Part shown: positions 1 to 11,800 of the stretch, one piece after another
Layout of the letters: each line of letters begins with the position of its first letter
Numbering within the stretch: the first letter of the stretch is position 1
Assembly (NCBI RefSeq): GCF_902459465.1
Contig: NC_047068.1
Span: forward strand, 6,882,001-6,946,000
Direction: 5' to 3'
Origin: Asterias rubens
Lineage: Eukaryota
DNA length: 64,000 nucleotides
Notes under the pieces: model-generated
What the model was told of the DNA's origin: nothing
Seen by the model: the letters and a program-made list of their open reading frames with translations, nothing else
Databases searched by the model: none
Program-made: the position numbers and the translations under genes

Positions 1-255
1 CGCGAAATCGTCAGTCTCGTCATACAGCAGCTGAACAAGGCTGTAGAGTCGCACAATCTAGACTCGCCAATCTACCTCGAGGAGCAGTGGGACGATTTCG
101 GTCTAGTGGCCATCATCAGCAATAAAGAATATCAACTACGTGATGACCACTGCCCGCTACAGCTGCAGAACCCCTGGACCAAAGGCCACCTCTATGTTCG
201 GACCAAGGATGGGAGCGAGACGCTTCTCAGCACGGGACCATCCACTGCGGTTTAG
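1..255 (+). CDS. 3' end of a gene entering from the left; Ras-association-like C-terminal domain, probably ANKFN1/wide-awake family
   Basis: Frame 1 is open from base 1 to TAG at 253-255: REIVSLVIQQLNKAVESHNLDSPIYLEEQWDDFGLVAIISNKEYQLRDDHCPLQLQNPWTKGHLYVRTKDGSETLLSTGPSTAV*. The LRDD..PLQLQNPW.KG.LYVR motif matches my recollection of the WAKE/ANKFN1 C-terminus. Absent from the ORF track because there is no start codon in the window. Family call is from memory only. Confidence 0.55.
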   Translation, partial: REIVSLVIQQLNKAVESHNLDSPIYLEEQWDDFGLVAIISNKEYQLRDDHCPLQLQNPWTKGHLYVRTKDGSETLLSTGPSTAV

Positions 256-290
256 CTGCAGGCTCTTTGAGGAATTCTTCTTTTTTAATT

Positions 291-514
291 CTTTCCTTCT
301 TCCAAAGTGGAGTCAAGTTATTCAAAAGTTGAGAAATTTCGAGCCAAAGTGGAGTTTGAACCAAAGTTGTTGTCGCTCGGCACCATCCACGGTGGTTTAG
401 CTGCCAGCTCTCTTGGAGAAAAGCTTCTTCTTTTTATTTGGTTGTTCTTTCCTTCTTCCAAAGTTGAGTCAAGTTGTTCAAAAGTGAGACATTTCGAGCC
501 AAAGTGGAGTTTGT
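291..514 (+). repeat. Imperfect direct duplication of about 68 bp in the putative 3' UTR
   Basis: ctttccttcttccaaagt(g/t)gagtcaagtt(a/g)ttcaaaagt..atttcgagccaaagtggagttt at 291-358 and 447-514. Confidence 0.85.
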
Positions 515-3006
515 TCCAAAGTGGACTTTTCACTTGGACCTACTTTTTGTAGAGATAGTAGGCCAAAATACTAGGGCTTATTCAAATCAATTTGCAACAA
601 AAATTATATACATGGGTCCAGTTAGACAAATACTATGTATCTTATATGGCATTTCGGCTGGTAAGTTACATCTATCAAGACATGTCCTGTGGCCATTACA
701 TCAGTGTTTGACTCCAGCAGAATGATTTACTTTTCTCAAAAAGGTTATTTTGTTAATATTTATTGCTTACTATTTTCTTAGGGCTATGAATAAATTTGAG
801 TTTTTCTGAAATATTTATGGACTAACCTAATCTTTAAGGAAGAATGATGGTGATTCTATTGGACATCCTTAAATATTCTCTGCTTCTTTTCTGTTTCATT
901 TTAACAAAAATAAAAATTGAAATCTAGAAGAGATGACTGTAAATTTTGTGCAGAGCTGCTGAAAATAAGAAACTGCCAAACATACTCTGGCGCTAAGCCA
1001 AAGCTATTCGAAAATGAAGTCAAGTTGACAGGGCAAATGTTAAAAGTGGGCTTGGAATGTTCGTTTGTTTTAAGAAACAAAGGCTTTTTTTTCTCAAGGT
1101 TAAAGTACCTAGTCCATGTCAAATTTTTGAGGTTTTAGGGTAGTTGTTTTTTTTGCCTTTCATGTTTCAGTGAAGGTAACATTTATCATTGCCAAAAATA
1201 CCTGGCTTTCTGTATTTGCAGACAGAAATCACTCAACCCTTATCACCCAACCCTGGCATTGTTTTAAAGAGAGTCTACTGTTTCCTTTTTAGCCTTGAAT
1301 TCAGCTTTTTGTTATTTGTTTTTCAAATTTTTGTTGGGGAGGGGGATGATAAATCAACCCATCCGTTTCAGCAGCCGAGTTGGGCATAGACCTTTTCGCA
1401 ATTACCCATTGTGCAAGTGCTAACTGTTGAATGAGGTGCATGCTGGTCAAACTTGAGCGCTAGCAAGACCAGCATGCACGTACTGAGTATTTGAAACCAG
1501 ATTTTGTTTGAGATATTTATAGTTGATTTAAATTTTCTGTTTACCAAAGAAAAACAGCATGTTTATTGGTTAAAGATCAGACATAATGTCACTGGGACAA
1601 TATGTGGTCGATACTGCTGGAGGAAGAATTAACTGAATGAAGGGGTCAGGGGTCAAGAGAAAATGATCCATTTGCAGGGAGATGTTTTTGGCAAGACCAT
1701 TTAAACTCTTTGAAGTTGGTTGACAATTGACAATGCATTATATTTTACTGAAGCCTTCCGTGTTATATAGATAGAAATCTTTTATCAAGTCCATAGTGTG
1801 CAATACATGTACTGTTCTCTACAACTTTTACTGAAGTGTACACAAGGCAAGTTTTTTATTGTACAGATTTCATAGTTGAAACATTGCCATTTATAATATC
1901 TCTATTTATTATCAAATTCCTTCCATGTGATACGAAGATGGTCGTTAAAAAAAAAAGAAAAAAAAAAGGAATTTCATCTTTGGAATTTTTTTATTTATAA
2001 ACATTGATATTTGAGAACACCTGCATTCTTATTGGAAATATTTTCCTACACCAATGTTGGTCATCCACATAGAACTATATACATGTATAATGACAATAGC
2101 TATATGGTTATCACCAGATAGACAGTTACCCAGCAAGTATTAGTATTGCATTATAGTGAGGGTAGTCTGGGTTCTCTTCAGTTATTGAGGCCAAGTAACT
2201 TATGTTTCGACTATGGCTGTTGGCTGCGACAACAACATTGAAGATTAGCCACAGCCATGTTGAAAACCAGTAATTTATTTGAAAATGGCCTAAGCTGTTG
2301 TTTATAGCTATAAATCATTTGTATCAATATTTATTTTTAAATTTAAATTGGACCAACATCTGAAAAGGAAAAAGCTCTGTGTGGTATTCAAATCATACTT
2401 TGCCCTTTGTTCATTTGAAGACTATTTGTGAATTAAGTCTATAATTGATTTTTTATCAATCTGTGGAGTGTGAACATTTGTACTTATTCTAAACAAAATG
2501 CCAGTAGAGGATTAAACTGCTGCCTTCTATAACAGTAATTTAATTTTACTTGTTTGTGATTTTAATTTCATCTCGAAACTGAAAAGAAAAATAGTAAAGG
2601 CTCATTTTCTATAAGGGTATGTTTCAAAGGTATGTTTTGCTGACATCACTAAAATTGTACTTTAGCCTGAAACTGAAAGAAAACAGTTGTCCAGCTATGA
2701 TTTCTCTTGTGTGAAACTACGAAAGGTGCAATCATGAGAATGTGGCCTATACTTGCTCCCTAAATGGGAGGGATGTAAAAGTTAATCCAATGAGTTGTAA
2801 TTAGGGACCAGTTCGTTTTATGATTTAAAGATAAATCTTAAGCACTTAAAATTCAAATCCAAAAGATTTATTTTTAATTTTAAAATGCATCCGTCCTTAA
2901 TAACAGTCATTTGGATTAACTTTTGAATCCTTCTCATGTAGTCTAGTTTGTAAACTAAAGGGAGTAGAACAGTAACTAAAACAATGGACCTCAAAGTGCT
3001 ACTTTT

Positions 3007-4838
3007 GAGGGCCAAACTCCCTTAGTTTACAAATACTGCACCATTTGTTGTGAACATTGAGGGCCAAACTCCCTTAGTTTACAAACTATACTGCACCATT
3101 TGTTGTGAACATTGAGGGCCAAACTCCCTTAGGCCGTGTCCGAAACGACGACTTCAGCTACAGCTACGTCTAGATCAGCGCGTCTACCAGTGTTGAAGAA
3201 TAGCAGACGCGCGCGATCTAGCCGTAGCTGTAGCCGAAGTCGCCGTTTCGGACACGGCCTAAGTTTACAAACTATACTGTACCATTTGTTGTGAACATTG
3301 AGGGCCAAACTCCCTTAGTTTACAAACTATACTGCACCATTTGCTGTGAACATTGAGGGCCAAACTCCCTTAGTTTACAAACTATACTGCACCATTTGTT
3401 GTGAACATTGAGGGCCAAACTCCCTTAGTTTACAAACTATACTGTACCATTTGTTGTGAACATTGAGGGCCAAACTCCCTTAGTTTACAAACTATACTGC
3501 ACCATTTGTTGTGAACATTGAGGGCCAAACTCCCTTAGTTTACAAACTATACTGCACCATTTGTTGTGAACATTGAGGGCCAAACTCCCTTAGTTTACAA
3601 ACTATACTGCACCATTTGTTGTGAACATTGAGGGCCAAACTCCCTTAGTTTACAAACTATACTGCACCATTTGTTGTGAACATTGAGGGCCAAACTCCCT
3701 TAGTTTACAAACTATACTGCACCATTTGCTGTGAACATTGAGGGCCAAACTCCCTTAGTTTACAAACTATACTGCACCATTTGTTGTGAACATTGAGGGC
3801 CAAACTCCCTTAGTTTACAAACTATACTGCACCATTTGTTGTGAACATTGAGGGCCAAACTCCCTTAGTTTACAAACTATACTGTACCATTTGTTGTGAA
3901 CATTGAGGGCCAAACTCCCTTAGTTTACAAACTATACTGCACCATTTGTTGTGAACATTGAGGGCCAAACTCCCTTAGTTTACAAACTATACTGCACCAT
4001 TTGTTGTGAACATTGAGGGCCAAACTCCCTTAGTTTACAAACTATACTGCACCATTTGTTGTGAACATTGAGGGCCAAACTCCCTTAGTTTACAAACTAT
4101 ACTGCACCATTTGTTGTGAACATTGAGGGCCAAACTCCCTTAGTTTACAAACTATACTGCACCATTTGTTGTGAACATTGAGGGCCAAACTCCCTTAGTT
4201 TACAAACTATACTGTACCATTTGTTGTGAACATTGAGGGCCAAACTCCCTTAGTTTACAAACTATACTGCACCATTTGTTGTGAACATTGAGGGCCAAAC
4301 TCCCTTAGTTTACAAACTATACTGCACCATTTGCTGTGAACATTGAGGGCCAAACTCCCTTAGTTTACAAACTATACTGCACCATTTGTTGTGAACATTG
4401 AGGGCCAAACTCCCTTAGTTTACAAACTATACTGCACCATTTGTTGTGAACATTGAGGGCCAAACTCCCTCAGTTTACAAACTATACTGTACCATTTGCT
4501 GTGAACATTGAGGGCCAAACTCCCTTAGTTTACAAACTATACTGCACCATTTGCTGTGAACATTGAGGGCCAAACTCCCTTAGTTTACAAACTATACTGC
4601 ACCATTTGTTGTGAACATTGAGGGCCAAACTCCCTTAGTTTACAAACTATACTGTACCATTTGCTGTGAACATTGAGGGCCAAACTCCCTTAGTTTACAA
4701 ACTATACTGCACCATTTGTTGTGAACATTGAGGGCCAAACTCCCTTAGTTTACAAACTATACTGCACCATTTGTTGTGAACATTGAGGGCCAAACTCCCT
4801 TAGTTTACAAACTATACTGTACCATTTGCTGTGAACAT
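3007..4838 (+). repeat. 55-bp minisatellite, about 31 units
   Basis: Unit gagggccaaactcccttagtttacaaactatactgcaccatttgttgtgaacatt starts at 3007, 3059 and 3114, then every 55 bp from 3300 to 4785. Variation is almost only tgc/tgt and gtt/gct. Confidence 0.98.
3132..3259. mobile_element. 128-bp foldback MITE (PIF/Harbinger-like) inserted in the third minisatellite unit
   Basis: Arms ggccgtgtccgaaacg...cgtttcggacacggcc pair over about 54 bp with few mismatches. Flanks are TTA/TAA. The unit is 131 bp longer than normal (128 + 3). Confidence 0.85.
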
Positions 4839-6375
4839 TTCCAACAATGGTGAGCAGTTCTGTTTTGTCAAGTCGCCAAGTGTTTCTTTTACTGCCAACT
4901 GATAACAGTTCAAAATTTATATTTCTGATGCAATAAAGGAGATCATAGTTTGGAGCAAATTGTCGAAAAGATGAAACTACATGCAGTATAGGGGCACATT
5001 GCCAAAAAAAGCCTAGGGGTAAAACGATTATGTTTTTATCACTAACTGCCAAAAGAGTTAAAAATTGATATTTTCTGATGAAATGCAAGGAATAATATTT
5101 TAAGCAAACTGTCAATAAGATGAAGCATGAGCATATTGCCAAAGGGTCACAAAGTTATTATTATTTTTATTTATCACTTGACAAGTGTTTCTCTAACTGC
5201 ATGTAGAGTTAAACATTTATATATTCTGATGAAATTCGATGGATAATTTTTTGCCCCCCCCCCCCCCCAAAAAGGTGAAACTATAAAATACATCAAGGTT
5301 ACACTCGTTTTCCAAACACTCCGAGTGTTGTGCTATTTTGCTCTACTCTAAAAATCGACTGTCTTTTGAAAATTTGGCAAACAAAGGGTACAATTAATTT
5401 TTTATTGATCTTCCAAAACTATTGTGATGTATCACCCCTTGGAAAACGAGAGGATTGGAACGAATGTACTTTTTAATTGAGTCAATTTAACATGTGAAAA
5501 CACTTATGTGGCTTTGGGCGTTGGCAGCCAAAAGAACCAGCCTCTGATAAAATACCTTACGACGAAAGCCGGTCAAAGTGGTGGCAAGTCTCATTACACT
5601 TTACGCACAATTCAGCTTGAAACACAATGTAAAGCTGACAACAATGAAAGAAGTACCAAACAACATTTAACAAAAGACTCACTAAGCGGTGAATTGAGTT
5701 GGACAGTCATGTGTACTGACTGACATTTATTTTTCACATAGTTGATTGTTGTCGTCATAACCGATCCAAGGTTAAGTTATATACTGACCAATAACAATGG
5801 TGAACGGAGATAATTATGTTTTTCATTGGCCTCCACTCGGCAAACGTATTCTAATACGAGGCCGGATGGTCAGTAGTCGGCCAATGGTCACTCGGCCTTG
5901 GCGCGGATTATAAACCAAGTCATGCAACACCAGGTGATTGTAATGTAACCCTCCTGCCATGCTGGAAACAAGTATAATTGAATCATGAATGAACCAATTG
6001 AACTAAATTTTGCCCATCAATGTTTTCGATTGGGAGAAAGGACAGTTTTAAAACGACAACTAGAGAAGTTTGTGATAACACTGTGTGAAAATATGTTATT
6101 GGGTATACTTATTTGAAAAGAACCGATGGTTTTCAGAACCATTTCAAAAAGCGATGTTTACGTGCATGGTGTTATCGTAAACCTCCGATCGTTTATACTT
6201 CCACCATGCAAAATTTCAAATCCTACTTATAGATATATCCCTATTGTTCAAGAGGTTGTGAAGTGAGTCAAGAACTGATACTAGCTCAACACTGTTTCAA
6301 CTTGATACCATAATGGTCATGGCCACTTGTGCAATCATTGTGGGGTCGCGTGTTGATGATAATGATAGAATTGTT

Positions 6376-6534
6376 TGGTCGTGTACCTTGACTTGTTTCA
6401 TAAAGTTAAATCCGCAAGGAGCAAGTTTTTGGTCATGTACCTTGACTTGTTTCATTAAGTTGAATCCGCAAGGATCAAGTTTTTGGTCGTGTACCTTGAC
6501 TTGTTTCATAAAGTTAAATCCGCAAGGAGCAAGT
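6376..6534. repeat. 54-bp tandem repeat, about 3 copies
   Basis: tggtcgtgtaccttgacttgtttcataaagttaaatccgcaaggagcaagtttt at 6376, 6430 and 6484. Confidence 0.92.
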
Positions 6535-6834
6535 GAAAACTGGGGATGATATTTTGAAGATATCGGTTCTGGTTGTGCTGTTTTCTTTCGTTCCATTCAA
6601 AATATCAGTGGCTGGGAAAATCGCCCATCCGCACCGATTTTAGACTTTTAAAACTGGTGGTGAAACCGGCAACTGTTGTTTTGCCTGGGTGGTTGCAATA
6701 ATAAGGCTCACTGGTGCTTAGTTTTGGGGTAATGGCTAGATGGTTATTTAATAGTTAATACATTTATAATTTTCGATGTTTCTTTTTATAAAAATAAGAT
6801 ATGAGGGGGCAAATCTGGTAATGTGTTGTTGTTG

Positions 6835-6835
<1 letters not shown>

Positions 6836-6885
<50 letters not shown>
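6836..6885. repeat. Poly-T tract of about 50 nt
   Basis: Seen directly. Confidence 0.9.
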
Positions 6886-6888
<3 letters not shown>

Positions 6889-8862
6889 TAGGTGGGTGGT
6901 GGTTTTTTCAGGGAAGGAAACAAATTGTTTATGAGAGAATGATGTAATAATGCTAGATTGACATAATTTTAAAGTATAGAAACACGTGATTTGAATTTGT
7001 GTGTATAATATAATTCTCTACTTTATATACCAAAACTATATTGTCCGGATCGCGGTTCTCTCCTTTAACTTATAATAGCATGTATTTTATATTGTAAACA
7101 ATAAATTAAAATATAATGTGTTTCTTTAAAGAAATCTCTTTTAACTTATTGTAAAATGTACATTCTCGAATAATTATAATACTGTATGATAAGATGTAAA
7201 TACAAGAGTCTGAGTTGGAAGAAGTTTAAATATGTAAAAAAGATATAATGGTTCGAGGAGATCTGAAGAAAATCCAATAAACTATTAACAGTGTGCGATT
7301 TTATTAAGGAAATGAAAATAGTCTTTTGTAATTTCTTGGTCCGCATTCCTCTGGCAAATCTTTCCCTGCTGTTTTCCCGATGGGCCCCATCGCGATCGTT
7401 TAACTTTTTAATTACCATGTATCTATTTTATTTTACACATTCAAGAAAGTTATAAGCTTTAATTTTCAGGTAGGCCAATAGTGCACGAAAAATCCATCAT
7501 GATGCTAACTGGAGGTTTAAAAACTGAAATTGCAAGTGCCGCACAGCACAATACCATTGAAGTTGATTATTGATTTTAAGATAAATGTTGCTTAAATGTT
7601 GTACCTAAACTGCAAAACTGGGATAAAGGAAAAATTCTTTTAGTGCAAGAAACTATGTTTCGGTACCAAACTTCATGTTTGCGTTGTGTACAGTTTTTAG
7701 TGTGACTTTGGACTCTGGACGTTATTTTTCAAAACCCCCAAGGAAATGCCCGCCGCGCAGTAGACGCATTTTCCCGATCAGTGTCCTCGTCAGTAATGTA
7801 GTTATTAATACTGGAGATCATCAATGAGATACCGTAATTTTGATTCCTTGTTTTTTCCAATGGAGATATGGTGATCGCTAATTTACCATTACCCATTTAG
7901 GCGGTCCTTTTTAGACGCCATTTTAAATTTCGCAGAATGCATGGAGAAAGGTTTCGTTTTGTGACGATCATCACTAAACTAACCGAATAATAATGACCGG
8001 ACTTAGAAAACTTATGCTGTTAAAATAAAAAGGGTTCTCAAAAGGTACCGCGGCCGGTACATTAAGAAAATAAAAACAATTTACAAACGACGAGTCATGT
8101 TGTGTTTAATTTTTTTCCGTCGTTCGGCACACTGAAGTTCTTCACGCGCTGCATACGTGTTGTTTAATTCAACTTTTTCCCATTGTTTATTTTTTCTATC
8201 TGTCAACAAAGTTGCGTAACAATCCAAGACACGACCGCCGTAAGCGCCTTTACACAAGCCTCAAAACTTGTTAATATTCATGATTATTTTAACATGTGAC
8301 TGTGAAGAACCAATGCCCGAGCTAGCTTGGTGATAACATCAACAAACCTCCAGCCCGCCCTGATGACGTGTACGCGCTTTACACAACAAAACAACAAACC
8401 GCCGCTGATCCATAAAACACCGCATGCACACATCACAACGTACATCACGCGCATTGACACATCACCATAGCTAGTTACCCTAGACTCATCAGAAGTATTC
8501 TCATCGACGACTCTGCATTTTTTTGAAGGAATCTGATGTTGATTTCGCCGTCTTCAAGATGATATTTGGTTCATCAAGTACTCTTGCCCTGCTGAACATG
8601 GTCTGTATGGGCTGCAGTCGTCACCACTGTGACTTCTGCGACTTAGTTGCGTCGTTTTTCCCTCTGTGACGGCGAGAGAAAACCGGCTAGTTTGTCGGGA
8701 ACTTTTGGGCAGTCGTGCCGATTTGATAAAATAACTATGTATGTTTTATTTTTGTGCTGCCAATTTTCTTCGGAGATGTGCCAGTTTACTTCACTTTTAA
8801 ACCCCCGACTGACAACGTAGGAATCTTCCGTCATTTTGTAGTGTACCCCATTTTCGCATCAG

Positions 8863-11800
8863 ATGAGCAAAAGTACTTCTAAAGTGGACCGAAAATCATC
8901 GGGAGATTGGAAAAACATGGAGTTGTTCAACGTGAGTATAGAATATAGAACACGGGCTAGCCATGCCCTCTGCATAACCCCGTCACGTATCTATCGCGTG
9001 TTCCGAGTTTGTGCACAAGGCAATGGGGAGCCGGTTGGTCGGAACTGGTTGGGACTGGATCTGGTTGCTGTTTTTTGTATAACTTCAGTGCTGTTATTAA
9101 GGAAACCCGTTCAACTCAATCACTGGATTGAACCATTTCATTACAATGATATCAATTCAAACGAATAAATGATATTAAAAATGTTACTATATTTCTAATA
9201 TAAGGATTTTTGGTTACACAATTATTACTGTCAATGATTTTGAGATTGGTTTTTATTTATCAAGTGAAAAGTGTTGTGCATGTCGGGGTGTGTTTTGATT
9301 GTGGATTTGAAATGAACTAAATTCGAATTTCGTCTGCAGAGAGGAGAGTGCAATGTGTTTGCACTGTTGGTTTAGAAAAAAAAATTCAGTTCGCCACTCC
9401 CATGTTCGTGGTGAACTTATGAAATTTTATGTCCAAAAAGTTGGGGAACTTGGGACTATTGAATTTCCCTTCTTTACCATACCATGGCATGAGTTTTGTT
9501 TAGTTAGTTGTTTTGTTGTGTTGAATTGATTGATGCATTTGATTTTGAACATTTCTCTCAAACTTATTGAATGTTGTATTGTTGATGAATCACATAAGTT
9601 TAGTTTCATAATTTAGTACCCCCTTTTGACAGAAATAGTGAAATTTAGTTTATCTTGCAATGAACAGTGTGTGGTGAATGTTTTCAAGAAATGTGTTTTC
9701 CCAGGTCCTGGATATTCAGTGAGTCAGTGGTCAGTGTTCATGGCATTAGAAAATGAATGATGCAATACCAATCCATAGCATAGGTCTATGGTGGATTTCC
9801 TCATGCTTCAATCCTTAATCATCACAGCATGGTATAACCAATATTTAGTTTTCTGTACTATCAGTTTTAAAAAGATGTGTATATATCCTACTTTTTGTCT
9901 GAACTTGTTTGATTGAAACATTTGGGTAATTTAAGGTGTGATTTCACTTATTTATGACCAAAAGCCTGTACCTGATTTTAGGTAAATGCAATGTAATTTG
10001 GTCACAATGGATGAAAAAGTGGCGTCCAGATTTGATACCTTCTCCATGCTTTGCTTTTTTGTCTGCATTGTTTCTCAATTTTTTCTTTTGGATTTTTTTC
10101 AAAAATTGTGAGTTCACAAAAATTAAATCACATGATCAGACCTAAAATAAATAGAAAAACCACAGTGCTCACTGTGCTTCTCTTGCTGTGGTGCCCTCTG
10201 CAAAGTTCCATTAGAAATGTTGGTTTTCCTCATAGAATTGTCCCTTAGAAGAGGAAATATGTTGTGTCCCTTCTAGAACGAAATTCAAGGCCTGCATGAT
10301 GGAGTGAGTCTCATGATGAACGAGGCATGTAGCCATTGCGTCTGGTTCATTTATTGGCCAAGCACCCCTGTGGATAGCTTGGTCTCCAAATCTGCCTTGC
10401 CTGGCAAAAAAAAAACGGGAAAAAGCGCTGTATTATCCAAAAACAAGTTGGGCTGCTTCTGTTATACAATTGAGATTGATTACATGCTCGTCAACTCAAC
10501 GAGTTTTATTTTCTGAGTACTAAATAATGGGAGTTTACAAAAAGCATTGAAACTTTTAATTTTACTTTGTTGCTTGAATAAAAAACTAGCAGTTAAGCCT
10601 GGTTCATACTTCCTGCAAATGTAAAGTGAATTTTGACGTCAAACCCGGCCTTGTTGACTCGCACGAATTTAACCCATTTCAACTGTTGCAATTGATTTGT
10701 TTTAAATTTTGTGCTGTAAAAATTGTTATCGCATTCGCAGGAAGTATGAACCGTGCTTTATAAGTGTGTTGCTAGTTTTTAAATCAAATATGTCAAGTAT
10801 TTTGTTATTAAATTAAAGTTTTTCTTTTTTGTTCTGTTTGACAGTCGCCTATCTTTAAGTCCTTTGTGGCAGGCTCCCTGAGTGGGACCTGTTCAACAGT
10901 GCTGTTGCAACCACTAGACCTTGTAAAGACCAGGATTCAGTCGCCTGCTGCTCTAGAGCACAGCCATCGAGGAATCTTCTACACCATCTCAAGCGTCGTC
11001 CGCCATGAAAAAATTCTTGGCCTTTGGAGGGGAGTCATTCCTGTAAGTGTTTATGTTACACTCTTCTTTACAGTTGGAGAGGGATGTCATTAGAAAACCC
11101 TGGATAGGACTACAAATGTTTTCCAGATGTTATAGGTTGATATTTTGGTTATTTGTTTCATAAATTTTCCTTGGCAAGAATAGGTTACCAGCAAAAGTTA
11201 CGTAAAATTGCCTTGCTTATCATGACTGGTTCCCTGTATGTTTTCTGCTTAGCCCATAAGTTTGTTGAGCCATTTTCTTCTGCATTAAATTTCGGGAGCG
11301 AGGCATCATACTTTTCAATTTTTATCCGAAAGTCTAATTGTTAAGATGGAAGTAAGCGTCCTACAAAATTACTTCTCTGAAGTGCCAATATTCATCTGAA
11401 CTCAATAAAAGTATGTTGAAAATTTGAATCTTTCAAAGGGAGATTCAAATTTCTGTGGTGTCAGTTTGTATGATACTCAATGCGCTGGTACACACTGCCA
11501 CATCGCTAAATGTGTATGGATTCGGCGTTTTAACCTTCCGTACAGTTTTTATTGAAACAATCAAAGACATGTTCTTGAACTAAATTAAAAGGGTTAGGTT
11601 TATAAATAATTATTAAATGATAAAATTTGCACTGGGACAAAGATGTACCTCATTGATATTGTTGACTAATCAAAGATTGTGAGCTGAGTATTTCTCAAAC
11701 GAAAATTACATGCACTTTTCTAAGGAGGCACTGTTCTGTCAATGCACTTTTCTGTCCGGATCCCCTCTACCCGGCACTGTATCAAATATGTCCCGGGACT

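Noticed and set aside
3007-4838. CRISPR array (also considered for 25317-25610 and 42711-42890)
   Set aside because: Units are contiguous and near-identical with no unique spacers, no cas genes, and a eukaryotic intron-exon context.
4750-5142. 130-aa minus ORF and most other short track ORFs
   Set aside because: Low-complexity or repeat-derived, with no splice support or recognisable motifs; many are real exons read into introns.
7320-7410. Walker-A-like FLGPHSSGKSF suggesting a viral SF3 helicase/ATPase relic
   Set aside because: Stops lie immediately upstream and soon after, and no Walker B or other motif follows; compatible with chance.
8479-8599. Divergent coding first exon (accATG at 8599, AGG|GTAACT donor at 8478)
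   Set aside because: A 7-A run puts a stop after 32 codons and no in-phase downstream exon was found; at most a non-coding antisense transcript.
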